Source: Eledone cirrhosa
Taxonomy: Eukaryota
Direction of reading: 5' to 3'
Assembly (NCBI GenBank): GCA_964016885.1
Contig: OZ024741.1
Coordinates: 349,928,001 to 349,992,000, forward strand
Length of the DNA: 64,000 nt
Shown here in pieces: positions 1 to 14,160 of the stretch. Within the stretch, counting starts at the first letter, position 1. Each line of letters begins with the position of its first letter. The translations under genes and the position numbers were made by a program. The notes beneath the pieces were generated by a model, which saw only the letters and a list, made by a program, of their open reading frames with translations, searched no databases and was not told the DNA's origin.

Positions 1-624
1 ATTGTGTTATACATATAACTAAACATCCACACACATATACATATTCACAAAAAATATATATATCTACAAATATACCCACAGATACAAAACCCCATACCCA
101 CAGAACCACTCACGTGCTAAACTTTCACATACCAACCAGCTCAAGAGAGTGTGTGTATCCATTCGCCAAAGATGATGAAGTATCTACGTCCAGCTATAGA
201 AGACCCCATCCCGTATAGACACAGAAACGAGTAAGTGGTATATTAAGAAACAAAGAATATAAAAATAAAAATAAAAAATATAAAAAATATCTAGACAAGA
301 CGTCTAAACCAGAATAGTAAAGCGAGATTCCGAAAAATCAACTACCTGAGCTTTTAGGTTTATAATAGAAGAAGGAATTAGAGATAGCATGCGAACAGGA
401 TGAAAAGATTTCCGATTTTCTATTTAGTAATACATTTTTAGAGAAAATTATACAATGGGTTTCTAGAATGCAAAGATTACAGAATTTACTGTGGGTAGAA
501 TATATGTGTGTGTATGTATGTATTTATATCTATACACATGCAAACATACACACATACAAACAGGCATATATAAATATATACATTTAGGCATACATACACA
601 CACGCACACACAAACATACATACA

Positions 625-1310
625 TGATGGCTGCCCCCTCGTTATCGAGTATGGCCATTGCACGATATACCATTATTAATAATTATTAATTAATTCTATC
701 GTGCAAATGCCTGTGCGTGAAGATATTTTTTAAAGTGAGGAAAGATCTCGCAGAATTTAATAATAATGCAAAGGACTGTAAATAAATGGGAAACTGTCAT
801 ATAACCACATGCTTCGAAGATACGAAAAGAAGAAGAAGCAACAGTAGCTATAACCCGAAAAGAATAAAAGATCAACATCATCGGTAACTACTGTGCCGCA
901 GGTTTTATGTCGGAGTCATCCCAGTTTCCTGAGTTACCTTCTCATAGAAGAATGCCCTGACAAAGGCTAGGGGTCCTTCACTTCCAGTGGTTTAACCGCG
1001 CGATCGGGTGTCCAGCCCGACTATTTCAATGTCCCCGCGCATATTCATATACATGCACCCATGTATATACACATATACATATACATACATATGTATATGT
1101 GTATATACATATTTACACACTTTGGGATGGCCGTTGACTCTTATGAGTTCTTCCGCCCTTTGTCAGGTTTTGTTTTTTGTCCTGCTGGGTGTCCAAAATC
1201 ACCCTCTTCACCAAGTAAACTCGGTGGGGTTGCCGGTTTAGTAGCCGATGACCCGACTCGACCATGTACTGGGTTACATGTTACCAGTAGCACTCAAGAG
1301 TGACCCGACA
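625..1310 (-). mobile_element. Non-autonomous retroposon (~690 bp) with a (TATG)n tail, possibly RTE-associated
   Basis: Homologous copies lie at 10015-10450 and 53862-54462 (shared 'ggtggggttgccggtttagt...gacccgac', 'atgatggctgc'). This copy is flanked by (TACA)n on both sides. Confidence 0.5.
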
Positions 1311-1384
1311 TACATACATACATACATACATACATACATACATACATACATACATACATACATACATACATACATACATACATA

Positions 1385-1640
1385 AACACATTAAAAGCTA
1401 CAACAATGTGGAAGACATCTATGTACATAATATGAAAGAGTACTGGTGGAATGTTCCAGTAAAAACCCCAATAAAATGCAGGCATAACAGACCAGATATT
1501 ATGATATGGGACAGGGAGAAGAAAACATGCACAGTAGTGGAAATTAGCTGCCCAGCAGATGCCAATATGTGAAAAGGAGAATATTTATGCAGAACTGATG
1601 AGAAATCTGCAGATACTCCACCCTGATTACACCTTCAAAT
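1385..1640 (+). pseudogene. C-terminal fragment of a non-LTR retrotransposon with a restriction-like endonuclease
   Basis: Translation EYWWNVPVKTPIKCRHNRPDIMIWDREKKTCTVVEISCPAD matches the RPD...E.SCP.D RLE pattern. It starts next to (TACA)n and is interrupted by a stop. Confidence 0.7.
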
Positions 1641-1719
1641 CTTGAGAAGCTAGGCTTCACAGGAACAATACAAATCTCGAAAATGGTAGTGAGAAAGAGT
1701 TATAGAGGAAGAATCGAAC

Positions 1720-1862
1720 CTAGAACATGACTGGTGCTTTTTATTGACCACGAATGGATGAAAGCAAAGTTGACCTCAATAGGATGTGAACGCAAAGAGT
1801 AGAAAACCGAAACGAATACCGCAAAGCATTCTATCCGATGTTCTAACGACTCTGCCAATTTA
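1720..1862 (-). mobile_element. tRNA-derived SINE, degenerate (Meta-like central domain)
   Basis: The reverse complement contains a variant of 'aactttgc-tttcatcc...ggtc-aataaaaa-gcaccagt'. Confidence 0.6.
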
Positions 1863-2115
1863 CCATCTTCCAGTTGTTGCAGCAACATCCAAAAATGAAA
1901 TGTTGAAAGTACTACAGTTTCAGAGGTTTGACTTTATCTAGTCACATGAGAAATTATTTGACCCTAGCTGTGTTCTTTTTTTAAAAGTACCACAAAACTC
2001 TTAATCCATTATCATTCTTGACATCACCATTGCTACTACACCCATTAAAAACCGAAGAAACGAGTTTAAAAAATGTGTTGTGTAGGTGTAGTTGTTCTTG
2101 TTATTTAGCTACACA

Positions 2116-2520
2116 AGGGCGGTGGATTGGCAGTATCGGTAAAGGGTCGAACGCAATGCTTTGCAGCATAGAGTTGCAGCCCTTTATGATGCTGTGCATT
2201 CTATTGCTGCATTAAGTATGGTCGAAACTCGAGTACGAGTAAAGTTTGAAGGTACCCATTTACGTGCGTTGTGTTAAAGCGAATAACTACGTGTCTACTC
2301 TGGGATTTTACTTAACATTACCTATTGAGTACGCTGAGATGCAACCGGTACTAGCAGTGAAATGCATGCTGGTTCCGTCAACTTATTATTATTAATAACT
2401 TTGCCTTTCATCCTTACGGGGTCGGTAAAATAAAGTACCAGTCACGCACTGGGGTCGATTAAATCGACTTTCCCCTCCCCCCACAATTGCTTACCTTGTG
2501 CCTATATCAGAAACCGTTAT
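2116..2520 (+). mobile_element. tRNA-derived SINE interrupted by a ~200-bp imperfect palindromic insert (about 2186-2392)
   Basis: The head 'ggcggtggattggcagtatcggt' is at 2118. The body 'aactttgcctttcatccttacggggtcggtaaaataaagtaccagt...ggggtcgattaaatcgac' resumes at ~2396. Confidence 0.7.
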
Positions 2521-2534
2521 TTAGCTACAAATTA

Positions 2535-2721
2535 CGGCGGTGGATTGGTAGTATCAGTAAAGCGTCTGACAACATGCTTTGCGGTATAAAGTTACATCTC
2601 TTTACTGTCTGAGTTCAAATCCCGCCGAGGTTAACTTTGCCTTTCATCCTTACGGGGTCGATAAAATAAAATACCAGTAACCAGTAATCAATTGTTGGGC
2701 TTGTGCCTAAATCAGAAACCG
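2535..2721 (+). mobile_element. tRNA-derived SINE (Meta-like domain)
   Basis: B-box 'gagttcaaatcc' is followed by 'ctttgcctttcatccttacggggtcgataaaataaa'. Confidence 0.8.
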
Positions 2722-3199
2722 ATATTTGGCCACACATTAACCTGATTATGTGGAGCTGTGATCAAAAATATTCCAGTCGTGGCCATGCTTGATCTATTAC
2801 TATATTAATCTATTAGTCTATTATTCTGCTAGATCTATTATTTAGATTTGCTATTCCAGTCGTGGTTGCTTCATTTGCTAGAAATAGAAGTCGGATCTCC
2901 ATTAAATCCTACTCAACCATCTTAGAAAAAGACACGAAAGATAATATAGTTCTGGGTTCTGAGAAAAAGATGGAATGGTGATGACTGGAACACTTTTGAT
3001 CATATATTCGCTCACACATGGTTAATTTGGGACTGAATAACAAGAACAACACTACCTGCACAGCAAAATATCAATGCGGCATATATTTGTTGTCACATAA
3101 AGCTTCACATTACACACCCTTCCCCACCCAGTCCCTGACAATGTATTAAAAACCACCATCAATTACACAGACATATATAGTCACACCAAAATACTACTA

Positions 3200-3420
3200 C
3201 AGACATGTAACTCTCCCCGTTGGACGGAGAGATCTCCCACCCACTTTCCGGTGGGTGAGAGATGTCTTCTCTAGTGAAAATGGGTATAGCTTTCATTATG
3301 TAAAATCTCCCCCATTTTGCCCCGTTTCGCGACACTTTATTTCATGGTACTCCACGTTTGGGTTTTTAGAGGTTGGCAAGTCTGCTACTATATCACCGTA
3401 AAGCCATTATCTCTTCTATT
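3200..3420. repeat. Dispersed repeat (second copy at 31620-31830)
   Basis: Both copies share 'gagatctcccacccactt...ggtgggtgagagatgtcttctc' and the downstream sequence. Confidence 0.7.
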
Positions 3421-3652
3421 CAGTAGAACCACATTCTCACAGCAGCAGCCGGAACATCAAACCACAAACATGATAACCCACAAACGCTGTGCTGGGATGC
3501 ATACTATCAATAACATGTCAGAAGACCACCTTGCCCTCTTCTGTTGTGGCCACTACTAGAATCTACAAGACTACAGGCCAGATATCAAGGAGACCTCTAC
3601 ATAGCTGCTTGAGCTGCTAGAAAGAGCAGCCAAATTTCATTAAATCACATCC

Positions 3653-3855
3653 TTCTTCTTCTTCTTCTTCTTCTTCTTCTTCTTCTTCTTCTTCTTCTTC
3701 TTCTTCTTCTTCTTCTTCTTCTTCTTCTTCTTCTTCTTCTTCTTCTTCTTCTTCTTCTTCTTCTTCGTCTTCTTCTTTTTGCTCTTGGTTTACCTCTGGA
3801 TCTCCTGCTGGTTCGCTTTGCCAGTAAAATCTGTCCAGTGATTTTTTCTTTAGAC
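3653..3855 (-). pseudogene. 3' part of an RTE-clade LINE remnant with a (GAA)n tail
   Basis: The minus strand reads SKEKITGQILLAKRTSRRSRGKPRAK and then (GAA)n. It continues in frame from the 7238-7690 fragment. Confidence 0.75.
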
Positions 3856-6257
3856 CAGGCATGTCAAACTGAGGATCCCCCAAGGGCCGCATGGGTCACA
3901 TATGTGTTGTCTGAGGGCCGCACACCACAACTAATTGTGTACATTACAACTAATTAAAGTCATTTAATAAAATTTATTGCAGAAAAATTTGTTACTTAAA
4001 TTTAGAAACATACAATGTACATACAAATGTTTTAGCAGCATTCATGAATACAGAGTAATGGAGTGGTTTGACAAAAAAACTAAAATTTTAAATGGCAACA
4101 TATACTTGCAGCTTGCAACAGCAACAAATACAAAAATTACAAAAAATACAACAGTTCAAAACTGAACATTTATTTGCTACTATATAACCATTTTTAGTGT
4201 TTTGTCCTGAGGCTTGACACCTCTTTTTGTCGACAATGTTTGGTATGTCTGGCTGAAATGTCTGTACACTTCCGACTTTGATCGGAGATGACAAATGTTG
4301 ATCAGTCAACCTTCATCTCTGAGAAGTTTTTGTTAATTTCATGAAGGAAAATAACTGTTCACACACATAGGTAGAACCAAACATTGCCATAATGTTTGTG
4401 GCAAAATTTCTGAAGTTTTTGAACTTTTCAGGAAAGTATGAAAAGAAACCAGGTATCCCCATTTCAAGATACTTTGTTCTGAGTGTAGAATCTGACTGCA
4501 TTTCCAATAGTTCCATCTGCAGGCTTTCCTCTTCCTTGGCAACATCAAAGGTGAATGGTGCTAAGAATAATGCAAACTGATGTTCAAAAGTTGAGAAATT
4601 ACAAAATCTTTCCTGAAATTCCTTTGACAACAATTCCAGGTGAGTGCCATACTTAGCAAAGCTAATTACAGAATCAGTATTGGCAGTGTTTTTCAGCTCT
4701 TTGCACGTAGGAAAATGAATTAAATTTTCCTTTGACAACTGTGACTTCCATAAGCTTAGTTTTCTAATGAAGCAATTGATGTCATCATACAACCGAGTGA
4801 TGAGTTTGCTTTTACCTTGTAATTTCAAATTAAAATCAGTTAATTGTGCAGCAATTAACTGATCTTGGAGCCAACTTTCATCTTTTATTTCATCTGTTTT
4901 GTCCTTTCATCTCCAAAAACAATTATCTTGTCTCAACAAATAGAATCTTTTCAGCACTTAGTGACATGACAACCAGCAGACTTCTGTGTAGAATGGAACA
5001 TCGGTGAACTGATTATCCATATCTTCTGAACTGACGGCGGTTTATAACATGGCGTCTGATATAGTTCACTGTCTTTGTGACCAAACTAAGCACATGATGT
5101 AAATTTAAAATCTTTGCACAGAAATTTTGCTGTTGAATAATACAGTGAAAATGTGCAAATGATGAATCTGGATGCGAGTTTTCTATTTTAGTTCGTAACT
5201 TGGCAGTAATACCATTATGTCTGCCAACCATATTCGCAGCACCGTCAGTAGATAAGCATGCAAGTTTACGCAAATCAAAACCATAGTTATGCAGAACCTG
5301 CTCGACCTTCTCAAAGATGTCTTGGCTTGTTATAATGTCATGCATTGGGACCAGTTCAATCAGTCCTTCATAAGTATTAAATTCACTGCCACGGGCCCTG
5401 ATGAAGAATGCAAGCTGTGCTATTCCAGTGATGTCAACGATCTCATCAATAGCAATAGAAAAATGTTCAAACCTTGATGATACAGCCTTCAACTGTTGTT
5501 TCAGATCACCTGACATTTCATCAATCCATTCAGCAACAGTGTTCCTGGTTAATGAAATGTCTTTGAATAACTGTACTTTCTGTGGACATACAATTTCAGC
5601 TGTTTTTACAAGGCATTGCTTTACAAAATCTTCTTCATTGTAAGATTTCCCACTCATGGCGATTATTCGGCTGAGTTCATAGCTTGCAGCAACAGAAGCG
5701 ACATCTCTTCCTGAATTTATATAAAACAGGTCTGTTGCTGTGTCAAGTTAGCCTTCAATTCCTTGAGTCTTGAAACACGCATTGGGCCTTCATATTTATC
5801 GTAAGATCGATGGTTCGTTTCATAATGTCTTTTCAAATTGCACTCTTTTGGCGTGGTGATGCAGTTGTTGCAAATTGAACAGTGAATATTTCCGTTCACC
5901 ATTGATTTCCCACCGTTGATTCACTGTAATTCCCACTTTTCTTGAAACACTCGCCCTTCTTCGTTCAATTTCCCTTTTCTCTTAGCTGGGGAAGCACTAG
6001 CCATTTTAAAAGAAAGAACTTTTGAAATTTTGAAAGAAAGTTTTCTGTTTACAACTGTTAATGAGCTGCGCGTGATTCGTCGGCATTTAAAAGTAGTTGA
6101 CAAAGAACGCACAAAAAAACAATCGTATCGAAAGATTTTTTTAAATTTTATATTACGAAGATAAAAAATGCTCGCGATGTAAAAACCTTTGTGCGGGTCG
6201 CAGGTGTGCTTGCAAAGGGCCAGATGCTGCTCGCGGGCTGCATGTTTGACATGCCTG
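3856..6257 (-). mobile_element. hAT DNA transposon (Buster/SPIN/Charlie-like), decayed autonomous copy
   Basis: TIRs are caggcatgtcaaac (3856) and gtttgacatgcctg (ends 6257), with subterminal 'gggccgca' motifs and transposase ORF pieces inside. Confidence 0.92.
4215..6003 (-). pseudogene. hAT transposase (GTF2IRD2/SPIN-like), frameshifted
   Basis: ORF pieces give RVFQEKWE, CSIC...NLKRHYETNH (BED-like finger), FSIAIDE, STDGAANM, HCIIQQ and FGSTYVCEQLFSFMK (hATC). Confidence 0.92.
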
Positions 6258-6296
6258 GTCTAGATAGATGTAGTTTATGGAACACCCAAATGATTT

Positions 6297-6757
6297 AGAA
6301 GTCGACCTTAAGTAGGAACAATAACATTAAAAAAGACATGAACGACATGAACCTTATCATTTTGTATTGAATATTTTGAAAGTAAGTTTATAAGTATGAA
6401 TTTTCATAAGATTTTCGTAGCTGTCTCTGTGGCCTATCGGTGGGTACTAGAGACGGTGGAGATCCTGGTCTTGGGTTCAATCCTGGTCAAGAGGTACATG
6501 TAATCACTTTCAGTTTTTATTTTACATCCCGTAAAAAGAAACTGAAAAGGTTTACCGGGAACCCTATTTCCGACTAGGATCGAACTTCAGACCAGGTTCA
6601 CGACCGTCTATGATTCCTCCAACTAGGCCGCCGAGACAGCTACAAAAGTATAATGAAAATTAATAATTATAAACCTACTTACAAAATCAAAGTTTAAAAT
6701 ATGTGGTGTCGTTCATGGGTTTCCTAGTGCTATTAGTCATATTTAGGGTCGACTTGT
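6297..6757. repeat. Diverged fold-back element with tRNA-like segments in both arms
   Basis: Arms run gtcgacc...gtagctgtctc...gggttcaatcctggtc...ttcagttttt and aaactgaaa...gactaggatcgaac...gagacagctac...ggtcgac. Confidence 0.7.
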
Positions 6758-7029
6758 CAATCTTCTGGATTTTTGGTAAAAACCTTATTATTCCTATGTG
6801 TGTTTAACTGTCCAATTAATTTAATTTAATTATTTTAACAAACAAATAATATATATATAATGCCAATCATTGTAAGTTTGAATCTGACATGCAAAAACAT
6901 ATATATATGAATAAGGTAAGCCCAAATGATAGTAGATTCAAATATCACAGAGAGAAAGAAACGGGGAAGGGGAGAAATGAGATGCGACAGAAATGAAACA
7001 TGGATTACAGGTTAAAATATAGTCTAGAT

Positions 7030-7229
7030 CAGGCATGTCAAACTGGGGGTAATCCGAGGGCCAAATAGGTCACATATGTGTTGTTTGAGGGCCACACACG
7101 ACAACTAATTGCACACATTACAACTAATTTTTTAAATTTATATTACGAAAATAAAACATGTTCGCGCTGTAAAAACCTTTGTGCGGGCCGCAGGTGTGCT
7201 TGTAAAGGGCCGCATTTTTGACATGCTTG
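7030..7229 (-). mobile_element. 200-bp hAT MITE, internal-deletion derivative of 3856-6257
   Basis: 7030-7128 resembles 3856-3955 and 7128-7229 resembles 6137-6257. The TIRs are the same. Confidence 0.9.
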
Positions 7230-7237
7230 CTTTAGAC

Positions 7238-7690
7238 ATTCTAACCCCATGCCCGTAGTATCAGAGCTGACACCTCTCGATTCGGAGAAGTAGTTTCTCT
7301 ACTTGGAGGAATGCCTTGATCTCCTAGCTACGCACTCTATCGAGTAACGTTACTCCAAAGACCCTTCGAAGGAAATCAATTTCTCTTGATTGTATTCGTG
7401 ATCGTATTCTTTCTGTCATTACCCAAGATTCATGACCATAAGTAAGGGTAAGCACAAACATCGAATTGAGGATAGCGAGTTTTGCTTTTTCACTTACCTC
7501 CCTTTTTCAGATGACCGAGTACTGAATCTGGCACATTACTGCACCAGCTCCAGTAATTCTTGCATTTAATTTAGCCTCCTGCTTTCCACCATTCATGAAA
7601 ATAGCCTCGAAGATATAAGACTTTATCCACCCACTACAGTGTAACCTCACTCACGTGTAGAGTGTACTGCGCAGGCTCTTGAGAGGACGT
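7238..7690 (-). pseudogene. RTE-clade LINE remnant (post-RT region)
   Basis: The minus strand translates to ...LTYGHESWVMTERIRSRIQ...FLRRVFGVTLLDRVRS...YYGHGVRM, typical of RTE. Confidence 0.8.
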
Positions 7691-7756
7691 GTCTCTCAGT
7701 TTCTCCTCATTTCTCCCTTTTTTTATAATCTCTTTATCTGACAATCTTTCTTCTAA

Positions 7757-8039
<283 letters not shown>

Positions 8040-8329
8040 ATATATCCCTCTCGCTTTTACTCTCCCGCTTTCTTTGCCTCTCTCTCTCTCTACCTTTTCT
8101 CTTCGTTTTTGTTTTCGTCACTCTCTATCTGACTTTCATTCTCAATCTCTCTAATTATCCACCGTACTTCTCCCTCCTTCTCTCCTCTCACTCTTACTCT
8201 CTCTCTCTCTCTTTCTCTCTCTCACACATACACACACGCAATCTCTCACTCATTCTCACACACATCTCTCACTCATTTTCACGCACACATACACACACAT
8301 CTCTCTATCTCCATCTATCTCACACACGC

Positions 8330-8385
8330 ACACACACACATTTCTTACGCGCACATACACACACATCTCTCGCTATCTCGCTGTT

Positions 8386-8435
<50 letters not shown>

Positions 8436-8791
8436 CTCACTCATTCTTACACACACATACACACATATTTCTCTCTCTCACGCACATACACACATCTCTC
8501 TCTCTCTCTCTCATACACACATACACACACATCTCTCCCTCACACACGCACAGATCTCCCTCATTCTCTCTCTCCCTCTCTCTCACACACACATCTCTCC
8601 CTCACACACACACACATACACATACACATCTCTCCCTCTCACACACACACACACACATCTCTCCCTCACACACACACACACATACACATACACATCTCTC
8701 CCTCTCACACACACACACACACAAACACACACATCTCTCCCTCACACACACACACACACACATACACATACACATACACATCTCTCCCTCT

Positions 8792-8822
<31 letters not shown>

Positions 8823-9063
8823 ACACATCTCTCCCTCACACACACACATACACATACACATCTCGCCCTCTCACACACACACACATCTCTCCCTCACACA
8901 CACACACACACATACACATCTCTCCCTATCACACACACACACACACATACACACACATCTCTCCCTCACACACACACATACACATCTCTCCCTCACACAC
9001 ACGCACACATCTCTCCCACACACACATACACATCTCTCCATCACACACACGCACACATCTCTC

Positions 9064-9105
<42 letters not shown>

Positions 9106-9120
9106 CTCCCTCATTCTCAC
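8330..9120. repeat. Degenerate (CA)n / 'catctctccctcaca' minisatellite
   Basis: Tandem units are directly visible. Confidence 0.9.
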
Positions 9121-9282
9121 ACACACTTTACTTATCTCCCACGCCATCCTCCATCATTAGTCAGACAGTCGAGCCTACAAAGTTGATTAAAATATCTTTC
9201 GGTTAACATGCTGTGAAGGTGACGATAGTACACATCAACGGACCCTACATTTCAATGCATTCATTCAGTTGTTTTTTTTCAT

Positions 9283-9317
<35 letters not shown>

Positions 9318-9741
9318 TTTGTTTATAAACCTATTTGTAATGCCTATTTGCTTGTTTATCTAAACTAAACTAAAAAAATACACATCCACCACCACACCAC
9401 CCAGTCCCACCTCATTATTGTCAATCCCGCTCACCCCACCATCCACACACATACACACACACATCTAATAGCATTTCTCTTTCTCTCTCTCCCTCTTTTC
9501 CCCCTCTCTCTCTTTCTTTCTATCTCTGTCTCTCTCTATCTCTGTCTCTCGTAAATATTCACATATCCACACATTCCAACACACACACTCAAACACACGC
9601 ACGCACACAAACGCACACACACACACACATACATACATACATACATACAAATATCATCACTAGTGCGATCACTGTCGAAGATCCGAGACATGTCAAAATG
9701 ATACTGTATCATTCAGTGAATCTTCACCAACTCTCTCCATA

Positions 9742-9819
<78 letters not shown>

Positions 9820-10014
9820 GCACACACACACGCACGCACACACACACACACACGCACGCACACACACACACACGCGCACACACGCACACACACACACACG
9901 CACACACGCATATATATATACACACACACACACACATACATACATACATACATACATACATACATACATACATACATACATACATACATACATACATACA
10001 TACATACATACATA

Positions 10015-10450
10015 CATGATGGCTGCAACTCGATTCCGAATAATGTCATCGCTTGATACTTAAGCATGAGCACCACAAACGTGGTTTTTAATCTTGTCTA
10101 TGGCCAGCAATGCCATGCACCGCAAAAACTGTCTCATATCAAGCAATGCTTGTGCTTGAAGTTTTTTAAGTGAGGAAAGGCTTTGCACGGGGCCAATCGC
10201 ACTCTCTGAACATCGAATGCATCTACCCAAAAAGTAGAACAGATCTACACCAAGGATGCAAATGAAGTCGCAGGTTTTATAGCAGAGCGACCTTCTCCTA
10301 GAAAGATGTCTTAATGAAGACTATGAGTCTCTCGCTTAAAAAAAATAATAAAAAAACTTTATTCGATGGTCGTTGACTCTCTTGAGTTCCTCCACCTTTT
10401 GACGGGTTTTGTTTTTCATCCCGCGAGGTGTCCAAAATTAACCTCCTCTG
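10015..10450 (-). mobile_element. Truncated copy of the 625-1310 retroposon family
   Basis: Shares 'atgatggctgc', 'taagtgaggaaag' and 'cgttgactct' and lies next to (TACA)n. Confidence 0.55.
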
Positions 10451-10489
10451 GATTCAAAAGCTTGTCGGACTGTTATGATAATGAAAGAA

Positions 10490-10564
10490 GTCCGACGAGT
10501 TTTTTTTATTCCAGAGCCGGGCCAGATCGAGCTTTGAACTGATCAAACGCGAAACGCGCATCAC
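10490..10564 (+). ncRNA. Hammerhead-like motif with CCGACGA core and long stem II (degenerate)
   Basis: gt-CCGACGA-...-GAAA-cgcgca-TC-ac, homologous to 23949-24033. Confidence 0.35.
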
Positions 10565-11252
10565 ACCTCAATCTTAACTACAATAAAGGGAGGAGCGCGG
10601 GACTGCGTCCAAAATATATTTTTTATCCCGTTTATAAAATAAGTTGGATTACTTTGAATAAATAGTGAATGAATATTACATAATTTATCTACTAAATTTC
10701 GTACCTCTTGATTAAATATAAATAATTTTATTGCTTATTTTAAGATACACTTCTTTAAAATTTTCAAATGTCAACACTGCCGGTTAGCGCTCGTTATATT
10801 ATAACATTTATTACATCGCTTAAATAAACAGTCATATATTTTCGTCGCTAATTTTCTTCTAATGCAGTTTATACATAATATCGTCGTTTTGTAATGTATC
10901 ATGGATTACTTTACTGATTACAGAAGAGAGTGTAACGCAGTCTTCGTTCAATTTCTGTGCATATTGTCAATTGCGATTTTGTTTGATGTATCATATCTAT
11001 ATGTATATATATTTGCATATAATATCAATATGCACTCTACACGTGCTAGTAGAAAACCACGCTTCGGGTGCTTTTCTGTTAGTTAACGTAATGACGATCT
11101 AACACTCCGTTATTTTTTATTATTGCACTCGTATTGCACTCTGTTTAGTACAACACTAATATAACTACTGGAAACTAAGCATCGACTGTTCACTCTGATG
11201 AACCTCCAGTAACTGGACGTTACAATCCCTATATATGTGTGTATGTGCGTGT

Positions 11253-11283
<31 letters not shown>

Positions 11284-11565
11284 CATGCGTGTGTGTGTAT
11301 GTGTGTGTGCATGCGTGTGTGTATGTGTGTGTGTGTGTATATATATATATATCTATATATATATATACACACACACACATATATATATATATATAAATCC
11401 ATCTCTGATTAAAAACACAGCCAATGCTCTACAGTAAAACTAAATATGTGCACTCTGAAAAGGTGATTGCAGCTGCACAACTGCAATTCACTAGATTTGT
11501 TGAGAGAGCTAGACGCTGACCGAAGAACGCTGTATTTATACCAGCGAACTTCGTTAATATTGTTT

Positions 11566-11605
<40 letters not shown>

Positions 11606-11691
11606 TAAAGTAAACAGAGAACAAAAAACAGAAAAACGAAGAGGCAGTACAAATGTTATTATTAGTTTCACGCTTGAGAGTGGGGGATGGG

Positions 11692-11767
<76 letters not shown>

Positions 11768-12084
11768 GAATAATCGAGTATCGAAAAATCGGCGCACGAG
11801 TTCACGATAAACAAAATTCGAGATGAGCGGCAGAGGGCTCTATAATTCAAATAAATCAGAGCTATAACTATCGTTAAAATAACATCACACGTAGAATATG
11901 TCTACAATCAACCAAATAACCGAAAAATTCGATATGGAAGATTCGGGACACTCAGATAAATTATCAATAAATCAATAAATGAAATGAATGTAATATATAT
12001 ATATAAACAATGTACGAAGCCGAATTTTCTGCTTTTGAAGCGATGAGAATATTTATATAAGTATAAAGAAAGTGCTTAAACGTA

Positions 12085-12310
12085 GAAATGGTGTAAAGAT
12101 AGCTTATACAATAGGGTGAACAACCTTAAAAGACGGGAAAAGAATTTGTCAACGACCTCCATGAGGAATTGAACTCCATATTGTCTATATAGCGGCTAGA
12201 AGGTATCTGGAAGATATGAGGTTCGATTCCTCATAGCCGTCCTTGGCAAATTCTTTTTTCGTCTTTTAAGGGTCTTCGCCCTATTTTATAAGAAAACTTT
12301 ATAGCATTTT
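12085..12310. repeat. Diverged fold-back element with a Pol III B-box-like motif (relative at 42940-43110)
   Basis: Arms are 'atagggtgaa-ccttaaaagacg-aaaagaatttg' and 'caaattctttt-cgtcttttaagg-ttcgccctat'. 'ggttcgattcc' lies at ~12219. Confidence 0.6.
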
Positions 12311-12324
12311 TTTAAACTCATATA

Positions 12325-13168
<844 letters not shown>

Positions 13169-13335
13169 TATATATATATATATATATATATCATTAGTTG
13201 TTTGTAGAGGAATAAAAGAAGTGTCTGCCAAATGATAGAATAAACGAAGCCGGTATGGAAGAATATTATATAGATATTTAATGAAATCCATAAAACAGGA
13301 AAGATGATAAAGCTTTCAAAGATAAATGCTTAGAA

Positions 13336-13626
13336 CAGCCATGGGCAACCTGCGGCCCGCGAAGCTTTCTGAATGGCTCGCCTAAGTCACCTAAGTGAAA
13401 TCTTTTTGATTTTTTTACCCCAACTTTTCAGTCGTAATTTATTTTTCTATCATTTTTACGGTCGAGGAAAACAACGTGTACGAAGTCTGAAGAAACAAAT
13501 CAAAACAACCTGAGTTACCGCCCCTTTTTTTAACGTTGGCACGAATGTAAATTAGCGCTTGCGGCCCGCCTGGTGATGAGCCATATCACATGCGGCCCGA
13601 TTCTCGAAAAAGGTTACCCATGCCTG
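13336..13626. mobile_element. hAT (Charlie-like) MITE
   Basis: TIRs cagccatgggcaacc / ggttacccatgcctg, 'gcggcccg' subterminal repeats, and an 8-bp TSD gcttagaa/gtttagaa. Confidence 0.85.
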
Positions 13627-14079
13627 GTTTAGAATATGAATTTTTTAAAAAATGGTAGTTTATTTTGTCAACTCTGGAAGGATGATAGGGGGACCCGACC
13701 AAAATTTAAACTGGAGGATCTATTAAGTTATGCAATGTGATGCTGAGAGGATATGGGAGGGGGTGATACATTTTTCAGTATTTCTGTTATTAAAAACTAT
13801 GCTTATTTACCTTAGCCATTGTATTTCGATTATCCATGAAAAAATGTTCTCTATATTAAGTGTACTGGAAGTAGAGATAGGTATATATTTTGATTTTCTT
13901 CGGGTTACTAAAAGTGATATTGTAAGGTTTCGAGAGGTTTTCAAGGAAAGTGGCTTCCAGTTGTAAATTAAGGGGGAGAAAGATCATGTATATTCGTCTA
14001 TATTTGTACAACACTCACGAGCGTATCTATGAATATGTGTTTAGGCATGTCTGTTCGTCTTTGTCTTTCTTTATGTCTG

Positions 14080-14160
<81 letters not shown>

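Noticed and set aside
1130-1310. HDV-like ribozyme at the 5' end of the (TATG)n-tailed retroposon
   Set aside because: I could not build the nested double pseudoknot by eye.
3617-3892. Poly-Glu ORF
   Set aside because: It is the (GAA)n tail of the RTE remnant read through from the hAT end.
11515-11560. Hammerhead-like CCGAAGA...cagc-GAAC
   Set aside because: It has no GAAA and no stem I.
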